NCBI GenBank assembly: GCA_040954595.2
Contig: CM082587.2
Location: forward strand, 11,959,262-12,023,261
Length of the DNA stretch: 64,000 bases
Origin: Balanoglossus misakiensis
Taxonomy: Eukaryota > Animalia > Hemichordata
Direction: 5' to 3'
Both the position numbers and the translations under genes were made by a program. Of the stretch, positions 63,001-64,000 are shown one piece after another (position 1 is the stretch's first letter; each line of letters begins with the position of its first letter). The notes below the pieces were generated by a model, which worked only from the letters and a program-made list of their open reading frames with translations, was not told where the DNA came from and ran no database searches.

Positions 63001-64000
63001 AGATCTTACGTGCCATTGGAGAGCTCCATTGACTGGTCATTCATACTGTTTTCATTCATTCATTGCGGCATCAATATATTTTATCTATTCTAGCCAAAGA
63101 GCTTGGCACCTGTTGAAATGAACTCATCTGCTGTGGGCCAGTTTATTGGTGGCAGTTGAGCTGAGGAGAGCACCTTCCTTCCCGGCACGCCACCAAGTAA
63201 AGTTCCACGCCGCCCACCACAGATGCCAGCATTCATTCATGCGAGTGAGTGTAATTGCAAATTTGCCTATTCTAGATCTGTAATGGAAATGGAGAAAGTA
63301 CCTTATATTTTCTGTAAAATAGACATTTAATTGGCAAGCCGTCCTGCATCAATTATGAATTGTGTACATGCACTAAAGCGCCCTCACTGCTGGGTGTGTT
63401 GTATGGTCTTTAACCCTGTTTCAAATTAGAGTACTTTCTGCAATTTCAAGACAGATCTTACGTGCCATTGGAGAGCTCCATTGACTGGTCATTCATACTG
63501 TTTTCATTCATTCATTGCGGCATCAATATATTTTATCTATTCTAGCCAAAGAGCTTGGCACCTGTTGAAATGAACTCATCTGCTGTGGGCCAGTTTATTG
63601 GTGGCAGTTGAGCTGAGGAGAGCACCTTCCTTCCCGGCACGCCACCAAGTAAAGTTCCACGCCGCCCACCACAGATGCCAGCATTCATTCATGCGAGTGA
63701 GTGTAATTGCAAATTTGCCTATTCTAGATCTGTAATGGAAATGGAGAAAGTACCTTATATTTTCTGTAAAATAGACATTTAATTGGCAAGCCGTCCTGCA
63801 TCAATTATGAATTGTGTACATGCACTAAAGCGCCCTCACTGCTGGGTGTGTTGTATGGTCTTTAACCCTGTTTCAAATTAGAGTACTTTCTGCAATTTCA
63901 AGACAGATCTTACGTGCCATTGGAGAGCTCCATTGACTGGTCATTCATACTGTTTTCATTCATTCATTGCGGCATCAATATATTTTATCTATTCTAGCCA
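60047..64000. repeat. Satellite array 4; open at the window's right edge
   Basis: Same monomers; matches the start of array 2 at offset 38557. Confidence 0.98.

Overview
Eukaryotic (probably invertebrate animal; this is an inference) repeat region with no single-copy DNA. About 40 kb is a nearly homogeneous 452-bp satellite in four arrays. The arrays are interrupted by three near-identical ~8.15-kb gene cassettes (13344-21489, 31265-39410, 51901-60046). Each satellite monomer is a ~273-bp 'A' sequence carrying a 177-bp MITE-like 'B' element with imperfect 24-bp terminal inverted repeats, sitting in an AGATCT site. About 29 monomers lack B and instead carry one of four short scars that look like transposon excision footprints. 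Each cassette carries four intact genes. Two are the halves of a Sola1-like DDD transposase, split into head-to-head intronless genes (DNA-binding half on -, catalytic half on +, ATGs 171 bp apart). The third is a 4-exon gene, missed by the ORF track, for a 280-aa winged-helix + PR-Set7/SETD8-like SET methyltransferase. The fourth is a His-Cys-box (I-PpoI-like) His-Me finger endonuclease. The cassette runs directly into the right 150 bp of B and contains a diverged copy of A, so satellite and cassette appear to be one system. Working hypothesis: a satellite-resident DNA transposon that carries its own chromatin writer and nuclease. All family assignments come from motif recognition by eye; no database searches were run.
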